Part shown: in pieces, positions 42,012 to 51,507 of the stretch
Layout of the letters: every line of letters begins with the position of its first letter
Position numbering within the stretch: position 1 is the first letter of the stretch
Source: an uncultured delta proteobacterium
Lineage (GTDB): Bacteria; Desulfobacterota; SM23-61
NCBI GenBank assembly: GCA_963760605.1
Contig: CAVXFA010000075.1
Span: 11,237 to 75,236, forward strand
Direction: 5' to 3'
DNA: 64,000 bases
Made by a program: the position numbers and the translations under genes
The notes under the pieces: generated by a model
The model's database searches: none
Seen by the model: only the letters and a program-made list of their open reading frames with translations
What the model was told of the DNA's origin: nothing

Positions 42012-43313
42012 TTGGCCTCAAACACCGAATTATTAGCAAAGTCCGCGGGCGAAACTGGGGCCGTGTCTTCAGCGATTCAGGAACTGGATTTCCTGGGTGT
42101 ACAAGCGAAACGCACCGAAATGCCAGGCACAGAGCGCGAAGCCCAACGAATATTAGCCCAGGCTTTTCAAGAAAAGAAGACGGTTCTTCCCTATGGCGGT
42201 GGCACAGCGATGGGTGTGGGGTTGCTCCCGGGAACCGTGGATATCGCCTTGGCCATGACCGGAATGAACCGGGTGTTGGCGTTTGACCCTCAGAACTTGA
42301 ACATGGCAGTCCTGGGAGGCATGACGCTTGACGCCATTAACGATTACCTGGCTGGACAGGGAAAAGGGTTTTTCCTTCCTTTAGATCCACCGCTGTCTCA
42401 TCGGGCTACTATGGGCGGGGTTTATGTTACCAATGCCAGTGGTTCCTCGAGGCTTCGCTATGGAACCGTCAGGGACCAGGTTCTCGGCGTGCGCGGGGCT
42501 GATGCGCGGGGGCGGGAGGTGGGTTTCGGGGGAAAGACAGTCAAAAACGTGTCGGGCTACGACCTGACCAAGTTTTTCATAGGATCGGCCGGAAGCTTGT
42601 GCCTGATTACGAGTATATCCTTTCGTGTTCTCCCCCTACCGGATGCCTCCTCGCTCTGTGACCTGATCTTCGGTAGACTGGAAGAGCTGGAGAAATTCCT
42701 TACAGCTCTGCGCTCTTCGATTCTGGTCCCCTCCGCTGTTGTGCTTACCGGTCCCGCTCCGAAACCCGGCCTTCCTGACCCGGGCGGTTTGCAGTTCCGG
42801 GTGTTGATTAGTTTTGAGGGTCACTGCCAGGCCGTTGAACGCCAGAACAATGATTTGCTAAGCCTGGCCCGGGAGTCCGGCGGAACCGGAGGGGCGAAGA
42901 CAGGGCGGGACAATATGGTGAAAAGCCTGCGGGCGGCCGTTGATCCAGATGGATTGACCCGGGATCTGCTGGCCCTGAAAGTCTCAGTGCCTATCGCCCA
43001 GGGCCCTCGCACCTATGTAGCCATCGGAAAATTGTCAAAGGAACAGGGCCTAGAGGCAAAGATCGCCCTTTTTGCCGGGAATGGGGTGATTTCCGTTTAC
43101 CTAAAAGGGACCCATAAAGAAGGACTATCTCGCTTCATCGCGGGAGTAAAAGACATCGGCCAGGCCGCTGGCGGCTATTCCGCGCCGATCTGGGGGCATC
43201 GTACCTTGCTTTCCGGCTGGGGGCCGAGGGTGGAGCCGGCCTTACACCGGTATGTGTTGCAACCCCTGAAGGATAAACTGGACCCAACGGGCGTTTTTCC
43301 ACCGATCATCTAA
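42012..43313 (+). CDS. glcE: FAD-binding subunit, GlcE-like.
   Basis: It is the second FAD-binding PCMH-type protein in the operon. Confidence 0.65.
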   Translation: MASNTELLAKSAGETGAVSSAIQELDFLGVQAKRTEMPGTEREAQRILAQAFQEKKTVLPYGGGTAMGVGLLPGTVDIALAMTGMNRVLAFDPQNLNMAVLGGMTLDAINDYLAGQGKGFFLPLDPPLSHRATMGGVYVTNASGSSRLRYGTVRDQVLGVRGADARGREVGFGGKTVKNVSGYDLTKFFIGSAGSLCLITSISFRVLPLPDASSLCDLIFGRLEELEKFLTALRSSILVPSAVVLTGPAPKPGLPDPGGLQFRVLISFEGHCQAVERQNNDLLSLARESGGTGGAKTGRDNMVKSLRAAVDPDGLTRDLLALKVSVPIAQGPRTYVAIGKLSKEQGLEAKIALFAGNGVISVYLKGTHKEGLSRFIAGVKDIGQAAGGYSAPIWGHRTLLSGWGPRVEPALHRYVLQPLKDKLDPTGVFPPII

Positions 43314-43336
43314 GATAGAAAGACCTGGGGTATACC

Positions 43337-44641
43337 ATGAATCAGCCATTGCAAACAGTCTATGATGAAGTTTCCAAGTGTAACCGCTGTGGCTTTTGCC
43401 AGGCCCACTGTCCGATATTCGAAATTACAGGAGATGAGCGCAATGTGGCCCGGGGCCACAATGTGCACATCCGTAAGCTCGTGGAAGGAAGCCTGGAAAT
43501 GAACCCGGACTTCAAAGATCCTCTCTTTGAATGCCTGCTATGCAAGGCCTGCGTGGCTAACTGCTTCCCCGCGGTGCGCACGGACAAAAACGTGATCGCG
43601 GGACGCGCCGAATACATGAAGCGCGTGGGCCAGCCGAAGGTTATGCATTTCCTTTTCCACCAGCTGCTCCCCGACCATGCCAAACTCTCCAAATATGTCC
43701 GGCTGGCTGCCCGGGGAAAAAACTCGGGGATGACCAAGATCGCCAGGGCCATGGGAATCCTGAAATGGTTCGGGAAAGATTTTGACAAGGTGGAGGGAAT
43801 CGTTGAAAAAATTCCCAAGACCTTCTTCCGGGAGCAGGCGGCTTCTCTTAACTTAGAGCCCGCCCAGCCAAATCTGAAGGTGGCCTACTTCGTCGGATGC
43901 GGTTTCAACTTCGTACTACCCCAGGTCAGCGAGGCGACTCTGGCGGTGTTGGTCCACACGGGGGCAAAAGTCCAAATCGCCGACAACTGCTGCTGCGGTC
44001 TTCCAGCTTACGGCTACGGCGATCTGGAGGCAGCGCGGAAAATGGCCCGGATTAACATTGAGGTTCTGGAAAAGCTGGATGCGCCTGTGGTCGTCACAGA
44101 ATGCGGCAGCTGCTCGTCTTTCCTCAAAGAATACACCCTTCTCTTCCAGGACGATCCGGACATGCTGGAGCGAGCCAAGGGCCTGGCAAAACGTGTGCGG
44201 GGATTCAGCGAGTTCCTCCAGGATCGAATGCCTGCCTCTATCCCCGCAAATGCGGTCTCAGGCAAGGTCACCTATCATGATCCCTGCCACATGAGCCGGT
44301 ACCAGAGCGTGGTGAAGCAACCCCGAGCCTTGCTCAAAAAGATTCCCGGCTTGACCTATACGGAGCTGCCCGAAGCGGATCTTTGCTGTGGAGCGGCCGG
44401 CAGCTACAACGTTCTGCACTATGAGCAATCCATGAAGGTCCTCGACCGCAAGATGAAAAATTTGCAGAAAATAGGGGCAGATATCCTAACGACCGAGTGC
44501 CCCGGGTGCATCATCCAATTAAGCTATGGCGCCCGCCGCGCCGGCCTCCCCGTCAGGGTCATTCATATAAGCGAGCTTATCCAACAAGTCTTTCAAGGAT
44601 CTTTATCCGCCATAGGGAAGTCTGACCCCAGATCCACATAA
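43337..44641 (+). CDS. glcF: Iron-sulfur subunit, GlcF-like (2x[4Fe-4S] plus two CCG domains).
   Basis: The ferredoxin-type motifs are CNRCGFCQAHCP and CLLCKACVANC. CCG-type Cys motifs lie in the C-terminal half. Confidence 0.8.
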   Translation: MNQPLQTVYDEVSKCNRCGFCQAHCPIFEITGDERNVARGHNVHIRKLVEGSLEMNPDFKDPLFECLLCKACVANCFPAVRTDKNVIAGRAEYMKRVGQPKVMHFLFHQLLPDHAKLSKYVRLAARGKNSGMTKIARAMGILKWFGKDFDKVEGIVEKIPKTFFREQAASLNLEPAQPNLKVAYFVGCGFNFVLPQVSEATLAVLVHTGAKVQIADNCCCGLPAYGYGDLEAARKMARINIEVLEKLDAPVVVTECGSCSSFLKEYTLLFQDDPDMLERAKGLAKRVRGFSEFLQDRMPASIPANAVSGKVTYHDPCHMSRYQSVVKQPRALLKKIPGLTYTELPEADLCCGAAGSYNVLHYEQSMKVLDRKMKNLQKIGADILTTECPGCIIQLSYGARRAGLPVRVIHISELIQQVFQGSLSAIGKSDPRST

Positions 44642-44652
44642 AATTCAGACGC

Positions 44653-44755
44653 AATGATGGGATATTGGGGATTGGAAAAAGATCTTTCCGTTATATTTAC
44701 CTATGACGAAAAGGATTATAAGAAGATTGAAGACCTCGAGGTTCGAAAACCATGA
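44653..44755 (+). pseudogene. 3'-terminal remnant of a PIN toxin gene (last about 34 codons), homologous to 58177-58278 and 61297-61398.
   Basis: At the nucleotide level, gatgggatattggggattggaaaaagatctttccgtt...gaggttcgaaaaccatga matches the 3' ends of both full-length copies. It marks the start of the accessory island right after the glcF stop. Confidence 0.7.
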
Positions 44756-44949
44756 CATGCCTTAGCCCGAAAATCCCAAAACAATTCCCGAAACCAATCG
44801 GTAGTTTCCGTTACCAACGCCTCACCAGAATTCTCTTCGCCCAGTCTTGACGTCGCTCGGTAGTTTTCTTCAATAGCGTATTTCCGTACCCTGATCCCAC
44901 CCTGCTGCAATAAGCATGCAAAGAAAATAGGCCTGACCCCGCTCGTGTT

Positions 44950-45051
44950 TTCCTGAAATCCGGGTTCGTTTTGCGAAGAACGATAAGGGATTATTACCGT
45001 CCTGGGGTGGATGGATATTTTATTGCTTTCGATGGAAAAACCAAGGATTAG
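44950..45051 (+). pseudogene. 3'-terminal remnant of the GNAT acetyltransferase cassette gene.
   Basis: At the nucleotide level, ttcctgaaatccgggttcgttttgcgaagaacgataagggattattaccgtcctggggtggatggatattttattgctttcgatggaaaaaccaaggattag is identical to the 3' ends of 58731..59162 and 61843..62274. Confidence 0.7.
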
Positions 45052-45139
45052 TATAAAAGGATCATCTCCGAAATAGTTGGCAAGAGCTTGGAGAATTTTA
45101 AGAGAGAAATAACGTTAATCCTGAAAGCTATATTTAAAG

Positions 45140-45190
45140 GGGACGATTCTATTTATTGCAGTCCTCAATTTCGGAAAATAGAACCGTCCC
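45140..45190 (+). repeat. Hairpin junction element copy H1 (15-bp stem, 21-nt loop; one stem mismatch).
   Basis: The sequence is gggacgattctattt-attgcagtcctcaatttcgga-aaatagaaccgtccc. It is preceded by the conserved arm ...gagaattttaagagagaaataacgttaatcctgaaagctatatttaaagg. Confidence 0.7.
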
Positions 45191-45290
45191 GATTTTCCAC
45201 TCCCTGCCGTCGAACTGACTCAATTTTTAAGTCAGCTTCTGGCCATTAGCCTCTTGCCACTGTACCGGCTTTCCTTTTCTGCCGCTCTAA

Positions 45291-46067
45291 TTACTGTTCT
45301 TTCCCTTCGATGATTTGAATAAAATCCACCTCCATATGCTGGTGATGTTCCACACTACTGGGTAATACCCCCAGCACGCTTAATTGCTGAATGAAGTCGA
45401 TACTCTGCAAATAGAAAGGCCCTTCAGGAATGACAATCCCCCAACCCTGAAACATTTTATGGATATTATCCAAGATCGCAACTCCAAGAGGAAAGGTGTA
45501 ATAAGCAGTGGTGGGATTCCAGTACACCATCTGTTCCTCCTGGGATATTTGCAGAACCAGACCTTGATTGAAATACAACCACAAACCTTGCCACTGATTG
45601 GTTTCCCCCGGCGGCGCAGGAGGAATCTGGTTTATAGACAGGGCGTCTATCTTATACATCAAATAGGTGTTGGGGGTTACAAGGATGGGCAAAATGTCTT
45701 TAAACTGACCATTACAACAAAGCATACTCACTGCGGACTCATTGACCCGAGCCTCACCCTCGCCCTTAAACCTTATGTTGTCTTTGATAAGGGTGTCCCC
45801 TACGATGACGTTACCCGTACTTCCATTATCAGGGTTTTGATTGTCTAGATTAAAGCCTGTATGGCCCCAGGCGTGATTCCCAGTAAGGCCATTATCCCAC
45901 TCTTCATTGAATACGACCTCTCCTGGGCTAAAAGCTTTGCCCACCACCGCGCCGACTTCGTTTCCCAGGGTTCCCTGAAATGCAAGCATAAACTTTATGG
46001 AATCATATTCTTTCTTGGGGAGCGGGGGATAGATCATAAAGTCAACCAGCATCTCACCCCACTCCAT
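45291..46067 (-). CDS. Hypothetical protein (258 aa), divergently transcribed from the Hxs cluster.
   Basis: It is a long clean ORF in an AT-rich island. No domain was recognised. Confidence 0.45.
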   Translation of the reverse strand: MEWGEMLVDFMIYPPLPKKEYDSIKFMLAFQGTLGNEVGAVVGKAFSPGEVVFNEEWDNGLTGNHAWGHTGFNLDNQNPDNGSTGNVIVGDTLIKDNIRFKGEGEARVNESAVSMLCCNGQFKDILPILVTPNTYLMYKIDALSINQIPPAPPGETNQWQGLWLYFNQGLVLQISQEEQMVYWNPTTAYYTFPLGVAILDNIHKMFQGWGIVIPEGPFYLQSIDFIQQLSVLGVLPSSVEHHQHMEVDFIQIIEGKEQ

Positions 46068-46348
46068 TGTCCCATCCGCCTTCTTACTCGCCCCTTTAAG
46101 TTCGATACAGGGAACGACAGCAGAACCATCGAGACCCCTAAAGCTTTTTTTAAAAGATACATCAATCCATTAACTTATATAAAAAAGTAGGGCCAGGGGG
46201 AGTTACGGGAAACGAGTGAGAAACCCGTCATGAAAGAATTTACTAAAAGAGATAATTTTGTTCTTGACATTTTATTTTGTAGGTTTATAATGCATACGGA
46301 ATAAAAGGACCAGTGTAATACATCCTCTTGCGTGGAGCGGGGTGGATT

Positions 46349-46618
46349 ATGAAGAGAATATGGAATAAATTAATTTTCCTGCTGTTTGGAATTCTTTCGC
46401 TCATTGGAATTAGCATCTCACCTTCCTTATCCGCAACGCGGTACACCCAGCAGATTACAGAGGTCAAAAAAACAACCCCACTTTTTTTGCAGCTCGGTAG
46501 TGATATGGGTTCCAGACTGGATAACCAAGGGACTTCATTTGCCCAGCATGAATCTCATTATTCCCACACGTCTCACTATTCTCATTCTTCTCATTACTCT
46601 CATTACTCCCGCTACTAG
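46349..46618 (+). CDS. hxsA: His-Xaa-Ser repeat precursor-like peptide (HxsA-like). It has a hydrophobic leader and a C-terminal (H-x-S)x7 repeat.
   Basis: The C-terminus HESHYSHTSHYSHSSHYSHYSRY is made of seven consecutive His-Xaa-Ser triplets. The N-terminus MKRIWNKLIFLLFGILSLIGISIS is hydrophobic. The gene lies directly upstream of two radical SAM/SPASM enzymes. Confidence 0.7.
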   Translation: MKRIWNKLIFLLFGILSLIGISISPSLSATRYTQQITEVKKTTPLFLQLGSDMGSRLDNQGTSFAQHESHYSHTSHYSHSSHYSHYSRY

Positions 46619-46800
46619 TTTTAAGGAAGGGGGGGCAACGTAATCTGCCAATTCAACCTCTGATGCAGGGCTGAATTGTTACAATTTTCCATCGTATCTG
46701 ATTTGTAACCCACCAGGAAAGAGGGAATTGCGATCTAAATCAGCCAGCTAGAGTGGGCACTTGATTTCTGCCGATTTGGAAAACATTGTGACAGACATGA

Positions 46801-47151
46801 ATGGTTGTTATGAAAGAGCAAAGCAAAACGTTAGAAATACGAGTTAGTAAAGCCCTCTATGATAGAGAAGCTATTATCGCGGCTGCTTACGCACTATCTG
46901 GGTTGTGCGGAATCAAAATCGAACCTGCATCTGAGCAGTTTTTAAAAGTGTCATTAGAACCACTTGAACCCCATAATGATTTAGACCTTTCGGAGTTGGA
47001 GCATAAGTTTACGAATGAGCTAATTGATCAACAACTGAGAATTGATCTTGAGAGACGATATGGCCCAATTCGCCAGCTGATTGTACAACATGCCTTCTCT
47101 CCCCTTGAAAATCTCAAGGCCGAGGTCAAGAAAATTGTCGGTCGTGAGTAG
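46801..47151 (+). CDS. hxsD: HxsD-like accessory protein of the His-Xaa-Ser system (tentative).
   Basis: The 116-aa protein sits between the precursor and the rSAM genes. The assignment rests on this context and a general family resemblance. Confidence 0.45.
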   Translation: MVVMKEQSKTLEIRVSKALYDREAIIAAAYALSGLCGIKIEPASEQFLKVSLEPLEPHNDLDLSELEHKFTNELIDQQLRIDLERRYGPIRQLIVQHAFSPLENLKAEVKKIVGRE

Positions 47152-48610
47152 CCGCTATCTGCTCTTACCCTTCCGATTCTGCCGTTTCCCTGGTAAGCCA
47201 GTTCTTTTGGTTAACGAAGTGGGCGAATACATTTTTTTAGATACAGAAGCTTTCGAGAGGATTATCTCTTACCGTCTTGACCGCAGTGAACCGATATTTC
47301 TGGACTTGAAGGGTAAGCACATCCTCACGGACACGGCTGTCACGCCCGTAATCAACCTCCTTTCTACCAAATATAGGACGAAAAAAGCCTTTCTAAAAAC
47401 CTTTACTGCTCTTCATATGATTGTCGTAACACTTCGTTGTAACCACCACTGTAACTACTGTCATGCTTCAAGCCAAGCAGCAGATAGACGCCATTGGGAT
47501 ATGAACCAAGAGACAGCGGAAAATGTGGTCCGAATTATAATGGAAACACCATCTCCGGTAGTCAAAATAGAATTTCAAGGAGGGGAACCACTTCTTAATT
47601 TCGAGATCGTAAAAACTATTGTCCGGGAAGCAAAAAGGATCAATCGACGAAAGGGTAAAGATCTCTCTTTTGTGCTCTGCACTAATCTTACCCTCCTCGA
47701 TAAGCCTACCTTGACATTCCTCAAGAAAGAAAAAATCCTGGTTTCCACGTCGCTAGATGGACCTAAGGAAATCCATGATCGGCACAGGATTATGCGAGAG
47801 GGAGGAAGTAGTTATGATGAATTCATCCATAAACTTAATTACTGCAAGAGTGTATTGGGTCATGAAAGTGTGTCTGCTCTTATGACTGCTACCAAAGATA
47901 GCCTTCCTAACATACAGTCGATTATAGATGAATATGTCAGACTCAATTTTCAGGGCATCTTTTTGCGAAGCCTTAATCCTTACGGTTATGCACGTACTGA
48001 GGCAAATAGGAAAATCTTAGAATATCAAATGGATGAGTTCGTTGAGGCATATAAAAAAGCCTTACTCTATATAATTAAGGTCAACCAAGAAGGAAGGCGT
48101 CTTGTCGAAAATTACGCCACTGTGCTTCTAACAAAAATTCTTACTCCATTTTCCACGGGCTTTGTGGACTTACAATCTCCCACAGGGGCAGGGATAAGTG
48201 GGGCGGTATATAACCATAATGGGGATGTTTATCCTTCTGATGAATCCAGGATGCTGGCCCAGATGGGTGATCGACGATTCTTTATGGGTAATGTAAATAG
48301 GGATTCATACCTATCCATTTTCAAATCTAATGTGCTACATGAACTGATTAAAACTTCCTGTGTAGAAACGCTACCCGGTTGCCATTCATGCGCTCTGCAA
48401 ACCTATTGTGGCGCCGATCCCGTAAGGAATTATGCTACCCAAGGGAACTTAGTCGGGCACCGCCCAACGAGTGATTTCTGTTTCAAACATAGGGAGATAA
48501 TCAGTTTTTTGTTGGACCTCATCGAGCAGGATAATCCAGATACTATTGACGTTTTCTGGTCATGGATAACTAACCGATCCCTCGCTGAGGTAAAAGGTAG
48601 GAACCAATGA
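47144..48610 (+). CDS. hxsB: Radical SAM/SPASM-domain maturase (HxsB-like; anSME-like). The likely start is the GTG at 47144, overlapping the hxsD stop.
   Basis: The CX3CX2C motif is CNHHCNYC. The C-terminal SPASM-like cysteines are in CHSCALQTYCGADP. The start lies in the same frame as ORF 47081..48610. Confidence 0.75.
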   Translation: MSSRYLLLPFRFCRFPGKPVLLVNEVGEYIFLDTEAFERIISYRLDRSEPIFLDLKGKHILTDTAVTPVINLLSTKYRTKKAFLKTFTALHMIVVTLRCNHHCNYCHASSQAADRRHWDMNQETAENVVRIIMETPSPVVKIEFQGGEPLLNFEIVKTIVREAKRINRRKGKDLSFVLCTNLTLLDKPTLTFLKKEKILVSTSLDGPKEIHDRHRIMREGGSSYDEFIHKLNYCKSVLGHESVSALMTATKDSLPNIQSIIDEYVRLNFQGIFLRSLNPYGYARTEANRKILEYQMDEFVEAYKKALLYIIKVNQEGRRLVENYATVLLTKILTPFSTGFVDLQSPTGAGISGAVYNHNGDVYPSDESRMLAQMGDRRFFMGNVNRDSYLSIFKSNVLHELIKTSCVETLPGCHSCALQTYCGADPVRNYATQGNLVGHRPTSDFCFKHREIISFLLDLIEQDNPDTIDVFWSWITNRSLAEVKGRNQ

Positions 48611-49800
48611 GAGAGTTTACCGGGAAGCCAGTGGGCATACTCAAGCCAATTATGGGGATGGTTACTACAAAGTCGTCCGCCAGGAGGGCACAGCAAGTGC
48701 TTTTAGTGTTCCAGCCACGCAATATAGCCCGAAGGCTATTTTCCCGTGTCTCACCTAGTCGTTACACGGCGGCCTGTATGATTTCTGATCACGGTGGCCT
48801 CCCCTTACAAAAGAACATCCCCCATTTGCTCGATTTGTCAGAGGATAATCTCTTTCAATTGCACGATGGCGACATCGTTAAAATAGAGCCCAGCGGCAGG
48901 GTGACTGTGGTTTATGAAGCTAATTCCTTACACAATACTATATTTTTTACGAACATCTGCAATTGCTCATGCGTCATGTGCTCACAGCCTCCGGCCAAGG
49001 ATTCAGAGGACCTCTTGGAGCAGAACCTGATGCTCATTTCCCTACTGGAAAGGCGCAAGGAAAGACATTTGGGGATAACCGGAGGAGAACCTACTATATT
49101 AGCTGAAAACCTTATAAAGTTTATCCAGACGTGCAGGGCGGAATTGCCCAAAACGTCACTAACTTTACTTACCAATGGTAGAAAACTCCAAGATTTCGAG
49201 TTCGCCAGGGCGCTTGTACTTTCTGGATACCCCCGCTTGTTTATGGAGATACCAGTATATGGAGACAATGATACGGAACATGATTCCATAATGGGTGCAA
49301 GTGGGAGCTTCTACGAGACCATACAAGGTCTCCACAACCTTGCACTCTTAAGTCAACCAGTGGGCCTGCGAACAGTACTCCACAGCATGACCATAAAACG
49401 CTTGTGCCAGTACGCCGAATTTGTCTATCGTAACTTACCATTTGTTGTCCAAGTGGCATTCATGGGAATGGAAACTACCGGAGCAGCTAAGGCGAATCTG
49501 GATTGTTTATGGGTAGATCCATATGATTATCGCCATCAACTCGAGTCTGCTGTCAGGTATCTCAATCAAAGAAAGGTGCCAGTTTCAATCTATAATCATC
49601 AACTCTGTACGCTACCTAAAGATTTATGGCCATTTGCCAGGCGGTCCATTAGTACCTGGAAAGAAACTTTCCTGCCACTTTGCGATGAATGCTACGTGAA
49701 GAACTTCTGTTGTGGTATTTTTGGCACGGGCGGAAGGCCTAGCGCCTTTCTCCGTCCCCTTTTCAAGAATGAGCTGCCGAAAGCGTGGCAAGATAACTAG
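48607..49800 (+). CDS. hxsC: Second radical SAM maturase (HxsC-like), translationally coupled to hxsB (ATGA overlap).
   Basis: The CX3CX2C motif lies within NICNCSCVMC. The C-terminus has a Cys cluster CDECYVKNFCCG. Confidence 0.7.
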   Translation: MREFTGKPVGILKPIMGMVTTKSSARRAQQVLLVFQPRNIARRLFSRVSPSRYTAACMISDHGGLPLQKNIPHLLDLSEDNLFQLHDGDIVKIEPSGRVTVVYEANSLHNTIFFTNICNCSCVMCSQPPAKDSEDLLEQNLMLISLLERRKERHLGITGGEPTILAENLIKFIQTCRAELPKTSLTLLTNGRKLQDFEFARALVLSGYPRLFMEIPVYGDNDTEHDSIMGASGSFYETIQGLHNLALLSQPVGLRTVLHSMTIKRLCQYAEFVYRNLPFVVQVAFMGMETTGAAKANLDCLWVDPYDYRHQLESAVRYLNQRKVPVSIYNHQLCTLPKDLWPFARRSISTWKETFLPLCDECYVKNFCCGIFGTGGRPSAFLRPLFKNELPKAWQDN

Positions 49801-49929
49801 CCATTTTTTATAGCAGTAATTTACAAATTCCGGGCAAATAAATAGTCTTTTCCAAGTATAGACCAAAGAAAAATAAACAAATGAGGCCGATTGGCGGTAA
49901 AACTCCAGGAAAACCGAAAGGCTATATAG

Positions 49930-50109
49930 ATGGCAGAGAAACTCGACCGCAAAGAAATAGTCAGCTTTGAGGAGCTTCTGCTAAGCAATGTTATTGAGCA
50001 GGAGGCCTTGGTCAATTTGCTGGAAGCCAAAGGAGTTATCACAAAAGCCGGCCTGCTCGAAGAAATTAAGAATCTCCGAAATAAGCGCAGAAAACTGAGA
50101 AAAGAATGA
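49930..50109 (+). CDS. Small helical hypothetical protein (59 aa) that is absent from the supplied ORF track because it is under 60 aa.
   Basis: It is a clean ATG..TGA ORF encoding MAEKLDRKEIVSFEELLLSNVIEQEALVNLLEAKGVITKAGLLEEIKNLRNKRRKLRKE, lying 20 nt upstream of the HExxH peptidase gene. Confidence 0.4.
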   Translation: MAEKLDRKEIVSFEELLLSNVIEQEALVNLLEAKGVITKAGLLEEIKNLRNKRRKLRKE

Positions 50110-50129
50110 TAATAAAGGCCTAAGAGGCA

Positions 50130-50537
50130 ATGGAGCTGGATAAGGTTTTTACTGAAGTTGAAATTGAAACCCCGTATTTAGAAAACACCCTCAAGAAGGT
50201 GCTTTCAATCATCAATGGGTATATGGATATTTATACCAACGGATTTGGCTCAATTCACGAAGGTCGAATTTTCGGGAATGAAGGGGTGGTTAGCGAGGCG
50301 GGGGATATTTATTTAGACTCAAAACAATTGCAGAGGCATGACGATGATGTGGCGATGGCGATCATTGCCCACGAGCTTGCTCATTATTATCTTGGCCATC
50401 ACATTAAGTCGGGTAGGGAAGCAGAAAACGAGAAAGATGCTGATGACCTTGCAAAACAATGGGGTTTCAATATTGATAAGATGCGACAAATATTTAGATT
50501 AAGAGGTGTCCAAATAGTTGGCTTGGAGAAAGAATGA
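50130..50537 (+). CDS. ImmA/IrrE-like HExxH zinc metallopeptidase (small).
   Basis: The motif AIIAHELAHYYLGHH (HExxH..H) is present in a protein of 135 aa. Confidence 0.55.
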   Translation: MELDKVFTEVEIETPYLENTLKKVLSIINGYMDIYTNGFGSIHEGRIFGNEGVVSEAGDIYLDSKQLQRHDDDVAMAIIAHELAHYYLGHHIKSGREAENEKDADDLAKQWGFNIDKMRQIFRLRGVQIVGLEKE

Positions 50538-50541
50538 GACA

Positions 50542-51099
50542 AAGATGAAGGCTACAAGAAATCATTTTTTGCGGCTGCTTTTAGCTTTTTTCATACTGCT
50601 CTTTTTCCTACCACTTCAGGCCCAGGAAAAACCGACTCCATGCCCCTCGTTGTCCGTATACTTTTCGCCCAGTCGTGGAAGCACAGAAGCCATCATTAAG
50701 GAATTGGATAATTCTAAAACCTCCGTCCTGGTTCAGGCATTCTCCTTTACCTCTGCTCCTATCGCTAAGGCCCTGCTGAATGCCCACAAACGAGGGGTTA
50801 AGGTCGAAATTATTCTGGACAAAAGCCAAAAGCGGGAGAAATATACTGCCGCTGATTTCTTCGCTAACTCCGGTATTCCGACCAAGATAGACGCAGCCCA
50901 TGCCAAGGCTCATAACAAGGTGATGGTTATTGACGGGGCGACCGTCATCACAGGATCATTCAACTTTACGCGTGCAGCAGAAGAGAAAAACGCCGAGAAT
51001 CTTCTCATCATCAGGGACAAAGCACTGGCCGAGAAGTATACTAAAAACTGGCAGGACCATGCGGGGCATTCAGAGCAGTATGCTGGAAGGGCGCGATAA
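50542..51099 (+). CDS. Secreted phospholipase-D-superfamily nuclease (Nuc-like, HKD motif).
   Basis: A signal peptide is present. The HKD motif lies in AHAKAHNKVMVIDG. The size is typical of Nuc endonucleases. Confidence 0.75.
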   Translation, partial: KMKATRNHFLRLLLAFFILLFFLPLQAQEKPTPCPSLSVYFSPSRGSTEAIIKELDNSKTSVLVQAFSFTSAPIAKALLNAHKRGVKVEIILDKSQKREKYTAADFFANSGIPTKIDAAHAKAHNKVMVIDGATVITGSFNFTRAAEEKNAENLLIIRDKALAEKYTKNWQDHAGHSEQYAGRAR

Positions 51100-51174
51100 G
51101 AGTCATGAAAGATGGGACTTAATACGACTGAAAATAATAGGGCGCATTATCAAGTTCTTCCTGAAGGAGTGATT

Positions 51175-51275
51175 TTGGTATTTTCTTTCAGAATACAATA
51201 ATTCAAAGAGAAATCATTAGCTTTGACCGAAGAATAAATGGACTGGGGGGCAATTTCCCCTTGACGACCCATTCC
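51175..51275. repeat. Second copy of the roughly 100-bp dispersed repeat (see 12505-12612).
   Basis: It aligns to 12505-12612 at about 75 percent identity. Confidence 0.5.
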
Positions 51276-51507
51276 CAGGAGAGCATTTTTTAGGCATGCG
51301 ATTCGACATCTTTTCGATTAACCCATCAAGCTAACCTTTAACCTTCTGGAGGATGTAATTAAAAATAGTTAATTTGCTCGAGGTGGATTTTTGAATAATT
51401 ATTTTAGTCCTTTATTAATTTTCGGAATGTCCCATTTTAAGGTAGTATTTTTCTCTTGACAAGGTTTTTGGGATTTGGTAAGATGTCCTATAAGGAGGTA
51501 GAGATAA

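Noticed and set aside
47081-47143. Extended ATG start for hxsB at 47081, overlapping hxsD by 70 nt.
   Set aside because: An in-frame GTG at 47144 gives a 4-nt stop/start overlap typical of coupled genes. The upstream 21 codons have no expected rSAM N-terminal features.
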